Shown here piece after piece: positions 1 to 10,089 of a stretch of DNA of 64,000 bases. The stretch comes from an uncultured bacterium. Lineage in GTDB: Bacteria > Krumholzibacteriota > Krumholzibacteriia > Krumholzibacteriales > CAZTHK01. The translations under genes and the position numbers were made by a program. The stretch lies in the NCBI GenBank assembly GCA_964613215.1, contig CAZTHK010000001.1, forward strand, positions 99,486 to 163,485, written 5' to 3'. Numbering within the stretch: the first letter of the stretch is position 1; every line of letters starts with the position of its first letter. The notes under the pieces were generated by a model that worked only from the letters and a program-made list of their open reading frames with translations, was not told the origin of the DNA and searched no databases.

Positions 1-600
1 GTCTCGGACAAACTGATGGACAGTCTGGTGAATGCGTATCGGCAGGTGAAGATAGGCGATCCCATAGATGATCAGACCCTGATGGGCCCTCTGGTCAATG
101 AGCACGCGGTAACCATAATGTTCAAGGCACTGGAGAAGGTGGAGCAGCAGGGAGGCGAGATCGTATACGGGGGCAATAAGCTTTCCCACAGGGGAGAACT
201 GTTCGTGGAGCCCACCATCGTTAAGATGCCCCGGCAGACAGAGCTGGTCAGGGATGAGACCTTCGCCCCCATTCTATATATCCTGGAGTATCAGGATATG
301 GATGAAGCCATCCGGATACACAACGATGTTCCCCAGGGGCTTTCCAGCGCAATATTCACCACCGACCTGAGAGAGGCGGAAAGATTCCTCTCCGCCGCCG
401 GCTCGGACTGCGGTATAGCCAACGTGAATATAGGGACATCCGGAGCGGAGATAGGAGGAGCTTTCGGGGGGGAGAAGGAGACCGGGGGAGGCCGTGAATC
501 AGGCTCGGATGCCTGGAAGGGCTATATGAGGCGTCAGACCAATACCATGAACTGGAGCAGGGAATTGCCCCTGGCCCAGGGAATCGAGTTTGATATATAA
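1..600 (+). CDS. Aldehyde dehydrogenase, ALDH7 (aminoadipate-semialdehyde dehydrogenase)-like, C-terminal part; 5' end lies outside the window
   Basis: Frame is open from nt 1. Translation carries C-terminal ALDH motifs (…[40 protein letters not shown]…). TAA stop at 598-600. Confidence 0.85.
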   Translation, partial: VSDKLMDSLVNAYRQVKIGDPIDDQTLMGPLVNEHAVTIMFKALEKVEQQGGEIVYGGNKLSHRGELFVEPTIVKMPRQTELVRDETFAPILYILEYQDMDEAIRIHNDVPQGLSSAIFTTDLREAERFLSAAGSDCGIANVNIGTSGAEIGGAFGGEKETGGGRESGSDAWKGYMRRQTNTMNWSRELPLAQGIEFDI

Positions 601-742
601 ATATTAGTCCGGGGCTGCCGCAGGGCAGGCCCGGTGTTATAAGACAGGGCATTAACCAGGCCGGGAAAACCTGCGGGGGGGGGTCAATGAATGTATGGTC
701 AAACTTTGCCCCGGCCTGATTATTGATCAGTCATACTGTGTT

Positions 743-1345
743 TTATTTCTGCTTTTCCAGAATCTCTCTGATCTTCTGAAGCTCCCGGAGTATCTGAAAC
801 TGGACATTTACACCCTCTCTCTCCGCCGGTTCCCCCACAGTGAGGGATTCCGATATGGGGTGGAGGGATTTCAGCCAGCCTCTCAGTTTTTCATGGAGGG
901 AGTCGTATTCCACCAGTCCGGACAGGCTACCCTCGTAGCCGGTACCCGACTGGGACTGGCCGGCAGTCTGAATCTTTATGGCACCGATGCCCAGAGCCCG
1001 GTCGTACAGTGAACGGTTCAGGGCGAAATCGGTGACCGCCCTCATGGGAATGTTCTGCTGAACCTTGGTCAGTATCCCCTTGTGTATGGTTATCCGGTCA
1101 TCCATTACTACGTAGCTGAGGTTCTGTATCCACAGCCATGATATGGGTAATGACACTGCCCACATGAGAGCTACGAGTATTACCGTGACCAGCCAGATGA
1201 CCGGAGGAGCCTGAGGATTTCCCTCCGCCAGGTCGATTATCAGATGCAGGATGGCAGCGATAATGATAAAGAATACGGTAAGGGTAGCCAGTATCATGAT
1301 ACCCTTGCTAAAGAGCTTTCCGTCGGGTCTGATATGTTTTTCCAC
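743..1345 (-). CDS. Membrane protein with bacterial PH domain (bPH_2 / YdbS-YdbT-like)
   Basis: 200-aa ORF with two N-terminal TM helices followed by a DUF304/bPH-like region (…DDRITIHKGILTKVQQNIPMRAVTDF…). Confidence 0.65.
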   Translation of the reverse strand: MEKHIRPDGKLFSKGIMILATLTVFFIIIAAILHLIIDLAEGNPQAPPVIWLVTVILVALMWAVSLPISWLWIQNLSYVVMDDRITIHKGILTKVQQNIPMRAVTDFALNRSLYDRALGIGAIKIQTAGQSQSGTGYEGSLSGLVEYDSLHEKLRGWLKSLHPISESLTVGEPAEREGVNVQFQILRELQKIREILEKQK

Positions 1346-1732
1346 CAGATTCTCCCTGTTATAGGATTGGTTTTGACCACCTGTAATTTGTGAAATCCGG
1401 ACTTTTGCTGTAAACAGTATGCTGCATTTCAGGTCAGGGCATCTACAGGCCTGATGCAGAATTAAGAGATGCTCAAGCCTGCCGGATGCCGCTAACTGCT
1501 ATTTCCCCGGAGCTTTATGATATTCTATTACAGAGTTTCCCGCCATTACAAGAAGTAAACTTAATAATACGGCTATCTGATATATCAAAATATTGCGTTT
1601 TTTCGATATCACAGCCGGGGATTTATCCTATCTTCCGGGTAGAATTAAATATACCGGGACTTCAACGGAAAGGTATATTATGTAATTATAAAATAAAAAC
1701 CGGTACCGGGATTCTCCGGCCGGAGTATTCAA

Positions 1733-3082
1733 TCAATCCGCTCTGAGTCTGATGGTTACCGCAGTTCCCTCTCCCTCCCTGCTCTGAACATCCATCTCCG
1801 CTCCGTGGGCCTCCACTATCCTCTTGCTCAGGTGCATCCCCAGGCCGTATCCGCCGGTCTCCCTGGAGCGGGATTTATCCACCCGGTAGAATGGTTCGAA
1901 GATAAGGGAGAGCTCATCCTCCGGTATTCCGGGACCGTGGTCCCGGATGGTTACGGTGATGTAATCGCCGGATCTGCTGATAACCACCTCCACCGCCCTG
2001 CCCTCCGGCGGCGAGTACTTCACCGCATTGGACAGGATGTTCTTGAACAGTATCTTAAGCCGGGAGCGGTCGGCGGTTACAGTGGCCTCTTCCTCCAGAG
2101 TCGATAGAATCACTCCGGGCCTGCTTTCACGGAATTCCTCCACCACCTCCTCCATCAGAGTGTTCAGATCGACCCGGCCGGTTTCCAGCTCCGGTTCGCT
2201 TCCCTGCAGCCGGGCACCCTCCAGGATTTCGGTGATCATCATCTCCAGCTCATTGACATCCTCTATCAGGTCGTTGCGGTCTTCTCCCTCCTCCATCATC
2301 TCCAGGGATACCCTCATCCTGGTCAGGGGGGAGCGGAGTTCGTGGCTCACGTCCAGCAGCAACTGGTCGCGGGCCTTTATCATCTTAACAATCTCGGCTC
2401 TCATGGAGTCGAAGGACCTTATTAACACTCCCAGTTCATCCCTTCTGGGGGAATGAATCTCGAAGTCGAGATCTCCTCCTGCCATTCTCCGTACAGACTG
2501 ATGCAACAGCCCCAGGGGCGCGAGCTGCCAACGCAGGACAAGGTATATCAACCCCAGCAGTACGAAGATATACAACAGCTGGAGTATCATCAGAAGTTCC
2601 ATGGCGTAGGGCATACTCTCCTCCCGCCTGGTCAGGAGGAAGTGGTACAGGGTCCCGTCCCGCTCGATTTCCACCTGTTTCCCATCGCTGAAACCGGCCC
2701 TGACACCGTCAAAGGCAGTGGAGTGAAGCTCCTCCCGGTTCAGCTCCTTCATATCTGTTGGGCTGGACCAGCTGTACCGGGGGGTGATTATCCTTATATT
2801 TATGTTCATCTCCCTGGCCCGGCGGGCTGCGATGGTGGTGTCGGGGGGTACTCCGATGTCATCTGTTATGTATCTGCAAAAATTGATGCTGTTTTCCATG
2901 TGTTTCCTGAATCTGGTCCGTTTGAAAACAGCCCGGTGGGTAGTTACGCTGGCGTAAATCATAACTATGTATGAGAGCAGGATAATGATCAGGATCTTGA
3001 TGAATACCGAGATTCTTACTTTGCTGTCCGGACCCTTAGTAATCACTTTTTCTCTCCTACGAACATATAGCCGGTGCCCCAT
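1733..3082 (-). CDS. Sensor histidine kinase (TM-periplasmic sensor-TM-HAMP-HisKA-HATPase_c)
   Basis: H-box SHELRSPLTRM, then N/G boxes …GGYGLGMHLSKRIV…. The annotated start overlaps the upstream RR by 40 nt, so the true start is probably an internal or alternative codon. Confidence 0.9.
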   Translation of the reverse strand: MGHRLYVRRREKVITKGPDSKVRISVFIKILIIILLSYIVMIYASVTTHRAVFKRTRFRKHMENSINFCRYITDDIGVPPDTTIAARRAREMNINIRIITPRYSWSSPTDMKELNREELHSTAFDGVRAGFSDGKQVEIERDGTLYHFLLTRREESMPYAMELLMILQLLYIFVLLGLIYLVLRWQLAPLGLLHQSVRRMAGGDLDFEIHSPRRDELGVLIRSFDSMRAEIVKMIKARDQLLLDVSHELRSPLTRMRVSLEMMEEGEDRNDLIEDVNELEMMITEILEGARLQGSEPELETGRVDLNTLMEEVVEEFRESRPGVILSTLEEEATVTADRSRLKILFKNILSNAVKYSPPEGRAVEVVISRSGDYITVTIRDHGPGIPEDELSLIFEPFYRVDKSRSRETGGYGLGMHLSKRIVEAHGAEMDVQSREGEGTAVTIRLRAD

Positions 3083-3747
3083 ACCGTTTTTATATAACTT
3101 GGGTTTCTGGAATCATCACCCAGCTTCTGTCTCAGCCGGCTTATCAGAACATCTACAGAGCGGTTGAAGGCATCCCATTCCATTCCCCGGATATGATTCA
3201 GCAGGCTCTCCCGGTCTACCGCGATTCCGCGGTTCCTTACCAGCAGGGAGAGCACCCTGAATTCCAGGCCGGTGAGGTTGATCGGCCTGCCGTCGATCTC
3301 TACAGAATGTTTTCCCGGGTCTATGGTCAGATCTCCGAACCTGCGGATATTGCCATTATCCTCTGCCGGCTGAATGTAATGGCGGCGGAGGACCGTCTTG
3401 ATCCTGGCCAGAAGCTCCCTCGGTTCGAAGGGCTTGGGCAGGTAGTCATCCGCCCCCAGCTCCAGCCCGGCCACCCGGTCTCGTACATCTCCCCTGGCGG
3501 TGAGCATTATCACCGGCATGTCGTTTTTCTCCCTGATCTTCTTCAGCGCTTCGAAGCCATCCATCCCCGGCATCATCACATCCAGGATAACCAGACCGGG
3601 ATTTTCACTCTCTACCATCTCCAGGCCCTCCGCCGGCCTGGTGGTGGAGACTACATTCAGGTCGAAGCGGCTGAGATATCTTTCCAGGCGCCGGTTCAGT
3701 TTGTGGTCATCATCTATTATCAGAATGGTTGCCGCCATATTTATCAC
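3043..3747 (-). CDS. OmpR-family response regulator (receiver + winged-helix Trans_reg_C)
   Basis: Receiver motifs IDDD…D…MPGMDG…T…K, and a C-terminal wHTH …YIKTVWGTGYMF. Confidence 0.9.
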   Translation of the reverse strand: MINMAATILIIDDDHKLNRRLERYLSRFDLNVVSTTRPAEGLEMVESENPGLVILDVMMPGMDGFEALKKIREKNDMPVIMLTARGDVRDRVAGLELGADDYLPKPFEPRELLARIKTVLRRHYIQPAEDNGNIRRFGDLTIDPGKHSVEIDGRPINLTGLEFRVLSLLVRNRGIAVDRESLLNHIRGMEWDAFNRSVDVLISRLRQKLGDDSRNPSYIKTVWGTGYMFVGEKK

Positions 3748-3772
3748 TCCGGCCGTACTACCGCCGTATACA

Positions 3773-5215
3773 TCATTTATCCCCGGTCTCCCTTACCAGG
3801 CTGCCGGTTATCCGCATCAGTTCAATCTCATCCAGTTTGGCATTGTATCTGGCAGTGGACAGATTTGTCTCCGCCTGGATCAGGTTGAGCTGAGCCTCCC
3901 GGAACCGGGTGGAGGTTGCCTGGCCAAGATCGTAGAGTTCTCTGGTGCGCCGGAAGTTCACCCTGGCTGCCTCCAGGTTGCTGCGTTCCAGGTCCAGGAC
4001 TGTGCGGCTGTTCAGGTAGGATTGGTAGGCGTTGGAGAGATTTCTCTCCAGTTCCCTGCGGGCCTGCCTTCGCAGCAGTTTGCTGTTGCGCACCTGAATG
4101 GCTGCATTTGTGTTATCGGTTTTCCTCTGAAATCCGTCGAACAGGTTAAAGCTCAGGGTGGCTCTGGCATTCCAGCTTCTGGTGGGATCGTCCATGGAGA
4201 GTTCATATCCATCAGCGGTGTGAGAGTATCCGTAGGAGGTGGAGAGATCCAGCCGGGGCAGGTATGCGGATCTGGCTATGGTTCTGTTCAACCGGGCCTG
4301 CTCTACTGATTCCACAGTGGAGAGGTAGTATGCATTCTGCTGATATGCCCTGCGCCGCATTGTCTCCATGGAGTCCAGGGAGGCAAAGGTTATCTCCCGC
4401 TCCACGTTGAAGTGGGTGGAAATATTCCTGTCCAGAAGAACGTTGAGGTTGCGCTTGGCCTCCTCCCAGTCGAACCTGGCATTGACCACCGTGACCGTGT
4501 CACTGTTGAAATCCACCCGGGCAGCCAGAACATCCACCATCCCCCCCTGGCCGAAATCCGCTCTCTGCTCCGCCCTCTCCAGTCTCTCCCTTGATATTTC
4601 CAGGAGACGCCTGGCGATCCTGAGGTTTTCCATCGCCGAAGCCGCCCGGTAATAAGCATTGCTGACAGAGATGAGGATTCCCTCGATCTGATCCCTCGCC
4701 TCCAGTTCACTCTGCCTGCCCTGCGAGGACAGCCGGCGGTAGCGCGAGATGTTGGCCAGTCCGTCGAACAGGGTATAGCTGGCAGAAATATGAGCGGCGG
4801 TGGTGGAAAGATCATCCCCGGAACCGGACAACCCGCTGCTTCCCGGTGAAGATGACCGGTCGGTGCCGGTGTAGTCGGATGATCCTGAAAGGTTCACCCT
4901 GGGTAGCAGGCCGGCATTGCCGATATGGGCGTTGTTCTCAGCCATTTCTGCATTGTTGCGTGCTACTGCAATCAGGGGATTATTCCTGAGTGCTTCGGTT
5001 ACCGCATCCCTGAAGCTGAGAACCGGCGCCTTACCCTGTTCAGGCGAGGAGGTAAACTCATCCCCGGCCTTTACGGAGTCGGAACCAGGGGTGGTCTCTG
5101 CTCCTTCCACAGCCTCTTCCCCTCCTTCCGGCCGTGTGATTCCGTTGGAGTTGCAGACGGCTGTGGCAAGGATGATGATTAACACGGTAATAGTAGTAAC
5201 AGTATCTTTAATCAT
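3773..5215 (-). CDS. TolC-like outer membrane factor (OMF) of an RND efflux system
   Basis: About 480-aa OMF-like protein. I place the start at the ATG at 5213-5215 (MIKDTVTTITVLIIILATAVC… signal/lipobox-like), which overlaps the RND stop by only 8 nt. The longer ORF runs to 5293. Confidence 0.8.
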   Translation of the reverse strand: MIKDTVTTITVLIIILATAVCNSNGITRPEGGEEAVEGAETTPGSDSVKAGDEFTSSPEQGKAPVLSFRDAVTEALRNNPLIAVARNNAEMAENNAHIGNAGLLPRVNLSGSSDYTGTDRSSSPGSSGLSGSGDDLSTTAAHISASYTLFDGLANISRYRRLSSQGRQSELEARDQIEGILISVSNAYYRAASAMENLRIARRLLEISRERLERAEQRADFGQGGMVDVLAARVDFNSDTVTVVNARFDWEEAKRNLNVLLDRNISTHFNVEREITFASLDSMETMRRRAYQQNAYYLSTVESVEQARLNRTIARSAYLPRLDLSTSYGYSHTADGYELSMDDPTRSWNARATLSFNLFDGFQRKTDNTNAAIQVRNSKLLRRQARRELERNLSNAYQSYLNSRTVLDLERSNLEAARVNFRRTRELYDLGQATSTRFREAQLNLIQAETNLSTARYNAKLDEIELMRITGSLVRETGDK

Positions 5216-8200
5216 ATCTGCTTTTCTCCCGGGTGTTGTCGTCATCGCAGTCAGTACCGGATTCACTCTCTCTGCTGACAAAGATTTCTTCACGAACTGC
5301 TGATTCCACCTCCTCGGGGCGGAACTCCCTCCCCCGGAACCAGCTGTAGAGAACCAGCTTGATCCGGTTGAACACCACCAGCATGGAGGGAAGCATTACC
5401 AGAGTCAGAATGGTACCGAAGACCAGTCCGTAGGCAACCGATATGGCCATGGGGGATAGGAACTGAGCCTGATGGCTCTGCTCGAAAACCAGGGGAGCGA
5501 GTCCTGCCACGGTGGTGAGTGAAGTCAGCAGGACCGGCCGGAATCTGGATATACTGGCTTCTCTAAGAGCTTTCTTGAACTCCTTGCCCTCCTTGAGCAG
5601 GCGGTTGACCGTGTTGACCAGAACCAGGGAATCATTTACCACTATTCCCATCAGTGCGATACCACCGAACAGGGAGAGCATGCTCACTATGTATCCCTGG
5701 ATGAAGTGCCCCCACAGCACTCCCACCAGGCTGAAGGGAATCAGCAGAAATATTATCACCGCCTGACCGAAGGAGCGGAAGGTTACCGCTATGATAAGAA
5801 ACATCATGATCAGGATTGCCGGAACCACCCTGCCTATGGCATCCATGGTCTTCTGGTTCTCGTAGCGCTCGCCTTCGTAGGAGTACCGCACCTCGGGAAA
5901 CCGGCCCGTTATATCCGGCATAATGGTCCTCTCGATTTCGTTCAGTATGTCCGGTACGGAGGCCTTGGTGCTGGTTACGTCCGCCTCCACATTTATCACC
6001 CTCTGGCCGTCGATATGGTTAATCGACATAACCCCCCGCCGGATGGAGAGGTTGGCAAGTTCAGACAGAGGGTAAGAGCCCCCTCCTGGGGTTCTGATCC
6101 TCATACCCTCCAGGTCTGAGATGGAGGAGCGGTCCGGCAGTGCATAGCGGACCCATATCTTGACCTCGTCTATACCCCTCAGGATCCTCTGAGCCTGCCC
6201 TCCGAAGAAGCCCCGGCGAACCTGGCTGATCAACTCAGCGGTGGTGAATCCCAGAGCGAATGCTTTATCCTTGAGCTTCAGGGAGACCTCCCTCAGCCCC
6301 GGAGGATCGTCATCCATTACATCCTTGAGCTGGTTCATCTCCCGCAGCCTCTCCTTGAGCATGGTGGTGGCGCCCCGGAGCTGCTCGAAATTGTTACTCT
6401 TGAGCGCTACCGTGACCGGCTTGCCCCACCGGTGGCTTCCGGCGAAGCTGAGCTGGTCCGCTCCAGGGATGGGGCCCACCGCCTTTCTGAACTCCACCGA
6501 GGAGCGCATGTTGGTCCATTCCCTCTGTTCGCTGCTTACCAGGATAGCGGCCACCCAGGAATTGTTGGTGCCCGGACCCACCCTGCGGTAGACGGATTTC
6601 ACCAGATTGCGGCCGTTGTGTTCACGGCGGTACTTCCGGTCCACTGTCAGCACTCTGTCTTCTATATATGAACTCAGGCTGTCGGTTACGGTGACCGGTG
6701 TGCCCGCCGGCATGGACAGATTGATGGAAACAGCCCGCCCCTCTATATAGGGGAAGAAGGTGGTCTTTATCACTCCTCCCCTCAGAGCGCCTATGGTGAT
6801 TATGAATATGGCCACGGTAACCGCGATGGAGACGGAGGGGTTTCGTATGGAGAAGTTGAGGATGGGGCCGTAGAACTTTTCCCTCAGCCACATCAGGGCA
6901 CTTTCAGATTTCCGCTCCACCACACTCTTCTTCCGGCTGCACAGCGCCCGGGAATGGGCGATGTGGGAGGGAAGCACAAAGATAGCCTCAACCAGTGATA
7001 CCAGCAGTGTTACTATAACCACGAAGGCGATATCGTTGGTGCGGTCTCCCAGGCCTCCCTCCAGGAAGAAGAAGGTCAGGAATATGGTTACCGTGGTCAA
7101 AATGGAGGCTACCACCGAGGGAAGTACCTCCAGCGAACCGTTGATAGCGGCAGGTATCGGTTTTTCTCCCCTTTCGTGGTGCTGATAGATATTCTCGGCT
7201 ATCACTATCCCGTCATCCACCAGAATTCCCAGGATGAGTATCATTCCCATCAGAGACATCACATTTATGGTCAGTCCGAAGAAGGGTGCCAGCATGAACA
7301 TCCCGGCGAAGGATATGGGGATGGCGATGGCCACCCAGAATGAGATATTGGGGTTGAGTGAAAGGGACAGGAAGATTAGAACCAGTATAAGTCCCAGGGC
7401 TCCGTTGGTGACCAGCAGGCTGATCCTTTCATTGATGACTTCGGAGCCGTCCCGGAGCACATCCGCCTTTACACTGGCATTTTCAGCATTGAACTTGCTG
7501 GCGTACTCCTTGACATTTTCAGCAATCAAAAAGAGATCCTCCTGGTTGGTATTATCCACCGATACCCGCACCGCCCTCCTGCCGTTGTAGTAGACCCGGT
7601 CGGGGTTTTCGGCCCACTTGTCCCTGAGGACGGCCACATCCCCCAGACGCACGATGGCCCCCTCCGGGCTGGAGCGCAGCACATGATTGGCCAGCTCTTC
7701 GGCGTGGTATCCCTTCGCATCCGCCCGGATCAGCAGTTCCTCCTCCTCCCCCTTTATCTTCCCTCCGGTGGATTTGATGTTGGACTGTCTTACCGCATTC
7801 ACCACCTCGGCGAAGGTGAGGCCGTAAGCCCGCATCTCCTTCTCTCGTAGAGCAATCTCGATCTCTTCATCCGGAAAACCGGAGAGGGAAACCTTGGATA
7901 TACCGTCGATTGCCAGCAGGTCCCTCTCCGCCTGCCGGGCATGCCACTTAAGCGTTTTGAGATCGACGTCCCCGGAAATCATAAAATCGATGGCGAAGGT
8001 TCTGGGTTCCCGCCGGTAGGTGGTAATCCTCTCCATCCCGGTGGGAAATGAGCTGATCTGGTTGACCGCATCCTTTACATCCTGAAGGACGATGTTGGCA
8101 TCATAATCGGTGAGGGTGCGTATTCTAATACTGCAATAATTCTCGCTGGAGACCGAAGTTACCCGCTCGATTCCCGATATTCCCTTCAGGTTGTCCTCTA

Positions 8201-8402
8201 TCTTGGTTACAATACCCTCCTCGATTTCCTCGGGAGAGGCACCCGGGTAAGAGGCCTGGATTATTATGGTCCTGCTGGGCATGGGAGGAAAGAATGTAGT
8301 GTTCAGACTTTGAAAACCAACGTATCCGAACAGCAGCAGCGCTACTATGATCACATTTCCCAGCATGGGATACTTTATGAATGGGCGGATGAAATTTCTC
8401 AC
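5208..8402 (-). CDS. RND efflux transporter permease (AcrB/HAE-type; TM4 motif GILVDDGIVIAEN)
   Basis: 1064-aa protein with 12 TM helices and two large periplasmic loops. Typical RND N-terminus (…FIRPFI…) and the conserved TM4 VDDxIVxxEN motif. Confidence 0.95.
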   Translation of the reverse strand: MRNFIRPFIKYPMLGNVIIVALLLFGYVGFQSLNTTFFPPMPSRTIIIQASYPGASPEEIEEGIVTKIEDNLKGISGIERVTSVSSENYCSIRIRTLTDYDANIVLQDVKDAVNQISSFPTGMERITTYRREPRTFAIDFMISGDVDLKTLKWHARQAERDLLAIDGISKVSLSGFPDEEIEIALREKEMRAYGLTFAEVVNAVRQSNIKSTGGKIKGEEEELLIRADAKGYHAEELANHVLRSSPEGAIVRLGDVAVLRDKWAENPDRVYYNGRRAVRVSVDNTNQEDLFLIAENVKEYASKFNAENASVKADVLRDGSEVINERISLLVTNGALGLILVLIFLSLSLNPNISFWVAIAIPISFAGMFMLAPFFGLTINVMSLMGMILILGILVDDGIVIAENIYQHHERGEKPIPAAINGSLEVLPSVVASILTTVTIFLTFFFLEGGLGDRTNDIAFVVIVTLLVSLVEAIFVLPSHIAHSRALCSRKKSVVERKSESALMWLREKFYGPILNFSIRNPSVSIAVTVAIFIITIGALRGGVIKTTFFPYIEGRAVSINLSMPAGTPVTVTDSLSSYIEDRVLTVDRKYRREHNGRNLVKSVYRRVGPGTNNSWVAAILVSSEQREWTNMRSSVEFRKAVGPIPGADQLSFAGSHRWGKPVTVALKSNNFEQLRGATTMLKERLREMNQLKDVMDDDPPGLREVSLKLKDKAFALGFTTAELISQVRRGFFGGQAQRILRGIDEVKIWVRYALPDRSSISDLEGMRIRTPGGGSYPLSELANLSIRRGVMSINHIDGQRVINVEADVTSTKASVPDILNEIERTIMPDITGRFPEVRYSYEGERYENQKTMDAIGRVVPAILIMMFLIIAVTFRSFGQAVIIFLLIPFSLVGVLWGHFIQGYIVSMLSLFGGIALMGIVVNDSLVLVNTVNRLLKEGKEFKKALREASISRFRPVLLTSLTTVAGLAPLVFEQSHQAQFLSPMAISVAYGLVFGTILTLVMLPSMLVVFNRIKLVLYSWFRGREFRPEEVESAVREEIFVSRESESGTDCDDDNTREKSRYD

Positions 8403-8422
8403 GGTCGCTCGCTTCCTCTGAA

Positions 8423-9598
8423 TTAGTCGGCGCTCTGGTGTGAAGGTCCCCGGCCGGTGGCGACTCCCTGCTGTCCACCTGTAGTCTCCGGCCTGGCAAT
8501 ATTTATCTTCAATCCCTCTGTGGCGTTTTCCGGCGGATTGGTTACCACCACCACTCCGTCCTCGAGCCCCTGAACGATAACGTGGTCGTTCTCAACGGCG
8601 GCTATGGTAATATCCCTGGTTGCCAGGGTGGAGTCGCTGGCTATCCATACCCTTCCCCTCCCCGAAATGGACTCACGTGGAATCCTTGCCGACCGGGGAA
8701 TGGTGTTGCTCTCTATGCCGGCCTCCATATACATCCCCTCCCTCAGCCTCCGGTCGGTGGTGGTTATATAAACTGCGGTCATCTGGGTCCGGGGATCGAT
8801 AATTTCATTGATCCGGCTTATCCTGCCATTGAATGTACCCGGTATATCAGTGGAGGTAAGGGTCACCTCCCTGTCCACCGCCAGCAGATCAATCTGTTCA
8901 GCTTTGGCGAATGCCTCCATCTCGTATTTTTCGGTGCTGGTGAACACTCCCAGCTTCTGGCCCTGTCTCACCAGGGTTCCCGGGTTGATACTTCCCTCCG
9001 TTACCACTCCGTCATAGGGAGCCGGGATGGTATATTTTGAAAGGGTAACCTCCATGCTCTTGATGCTATAATATTCGTTGTAGATATTTCTGGATGCAAT
9101 GTAGTAACGCTCTTTGTCACTGCCTGTTTCGGGAAGGGGCGCCAGAGGCTTATTCAGATCGAAATTGCGGAGGTAGCTTCTCCACCGTTCCGCGTTTCCG
9201 GGGAAGTCCAGGGAGAGATCCGGCAGCAGCAGGGTAAGCTGATTCAGCAGGCCGCTCTTGCGGGCCAGCAGGTTGTTGCGGTACACCCGGTCGTCGATCT
9301 TTATCAGCGTTTCCCCCTTCCGGAATCTGCTTCCCGGACGGAAGCGCCTGGAGGCGGGCAGAAGCACACCGGAAACCTCCGAATATACCTCCACATTATC
9401 GAATGCCTGTAACTGGCCGGTAAGGTTTAACCTGGTGCTGAGGTCCTGGTTGTTTATCCGTATGGTATTAACAGTGTTCTCCCTGGCCGGTCTCTGGATT
9501 CTTCTGACCGGTTTCTTCTGATCGCTGAGTATCCTGGCTGTAATTAATCCCGCTGCTACTATTATTGCAGTGACCAGGATAACAGTTCGTCTGTTCAT
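8423..9598 (-). CDS. RND efflux membrane fusion protein (periplasmic adaptor, HlyD family)
   Basis: MFP-like lipoyl, beta-barrel and coiled-coil regions. Start chosen at the internal ATG at 9596-9598 (MNRRTVILVTAIIVAAGL signal); the ORF extends to 9679. It sits 20 nt upstream of the RND gene. Confidence 0.8.
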   Translation of the reverse strand: MNRRTVILVTAIIVAAGLITARILSDQKKPVRRIQRPARENTVNTIRINNQDLSTRLNLTGQLQAFDNVEVYSEVSGVLLPASRRFRPGSRFRKGETLIKIDDRVYRNNLLARKSGLLNQLTLLLPDLSLDFPGNAERWRSYLRNFDLNKPLAPLPETGSDKERYYIASRNIYNEYYSIKSMEVTLSKYTIPAPYDGVVTEGSINPGTLVRQGQKLGVFTSTEKYEMEAFAKAEQIDLLAVDREVTLTSTDIPGTFNGRISRINEIIDPRTQMTAVYITTTDRRLREGMYMEAGIESNTIPRSARIPRESISGRGRVWIASDSTLATRDITIAAVENDHVIVQGLEDGVVVVTNPPENATEGLKINIARPETTGGQQGVATGRGPSHQSAD

Positions 9599-10089
9599 AT
9601 TATTTTCTCCCCCTCCAGGGCATTGATGATTCCGAATCATATTTTTATTGATTGAAATATAATTATACCGGAGGTTCAATGAAAACCCATAATTGTAACA
9701 AAGTGTAACATCACCGTTAGAGGCCGGCCGGCATTCCGGATATATAATTGTATTTTCTGAATCAGCCGGGATAAAATATCAGGTCACCCTCCAGCCTCAC
9801 TGGATATCGGGACAGGTAATATTATGGGACCTGCATTTGAGGTGGTGGATAACGAAATGAACGGGCCGGGGGATAAATTGAGGGAGGGCCTCCGGGTGGA
9901 GGACTGCTGTGAGCCGGGGGGAGGATTGGCGGAGGTGTGAGGGGAGGTCCTCCGCCCGGCGGGCGGAGGACAAATGGTAAAATTATAGGAGACGGATTCC
10001 TGGAAAGGCGGATAAGGATCAAGCTTGCTGCCCCTCCGGCAGATGACGGCAGAGGGGGGGAATGTGGAGCAGGAGATTCTGGAGTTTTT

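Noticed and set aside
1486-1746. 86-aa ORF in the AT-rich spacer upstream of the histidine kinase
   Set aside because: No RBS, an AT-rich intergenic context, and overlap with the HK 3' end. It is probably promoter or terminator DNA.
3500-4309. 269-aa plus-strand ORF antisense to the TolC-like and RR genes (and similar long antisense ORFs inside the RND, S9-peptidase and ligA genes)
   Set aside because: These are typical GC-rich antisense frames. Their composition is low-complexity (Ser/Gly/Pro-rich), they have no motifs, and the opposite strand carries confidently identified genes.
9822-10022. Proline-rich 66-aa ORF (…PPGGGPPLTPPPILPP…)
   Set aside because: It is the translation of the GGAGG/CCTCC low-complexity element. 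There is no start context and it is not a plausible protein.
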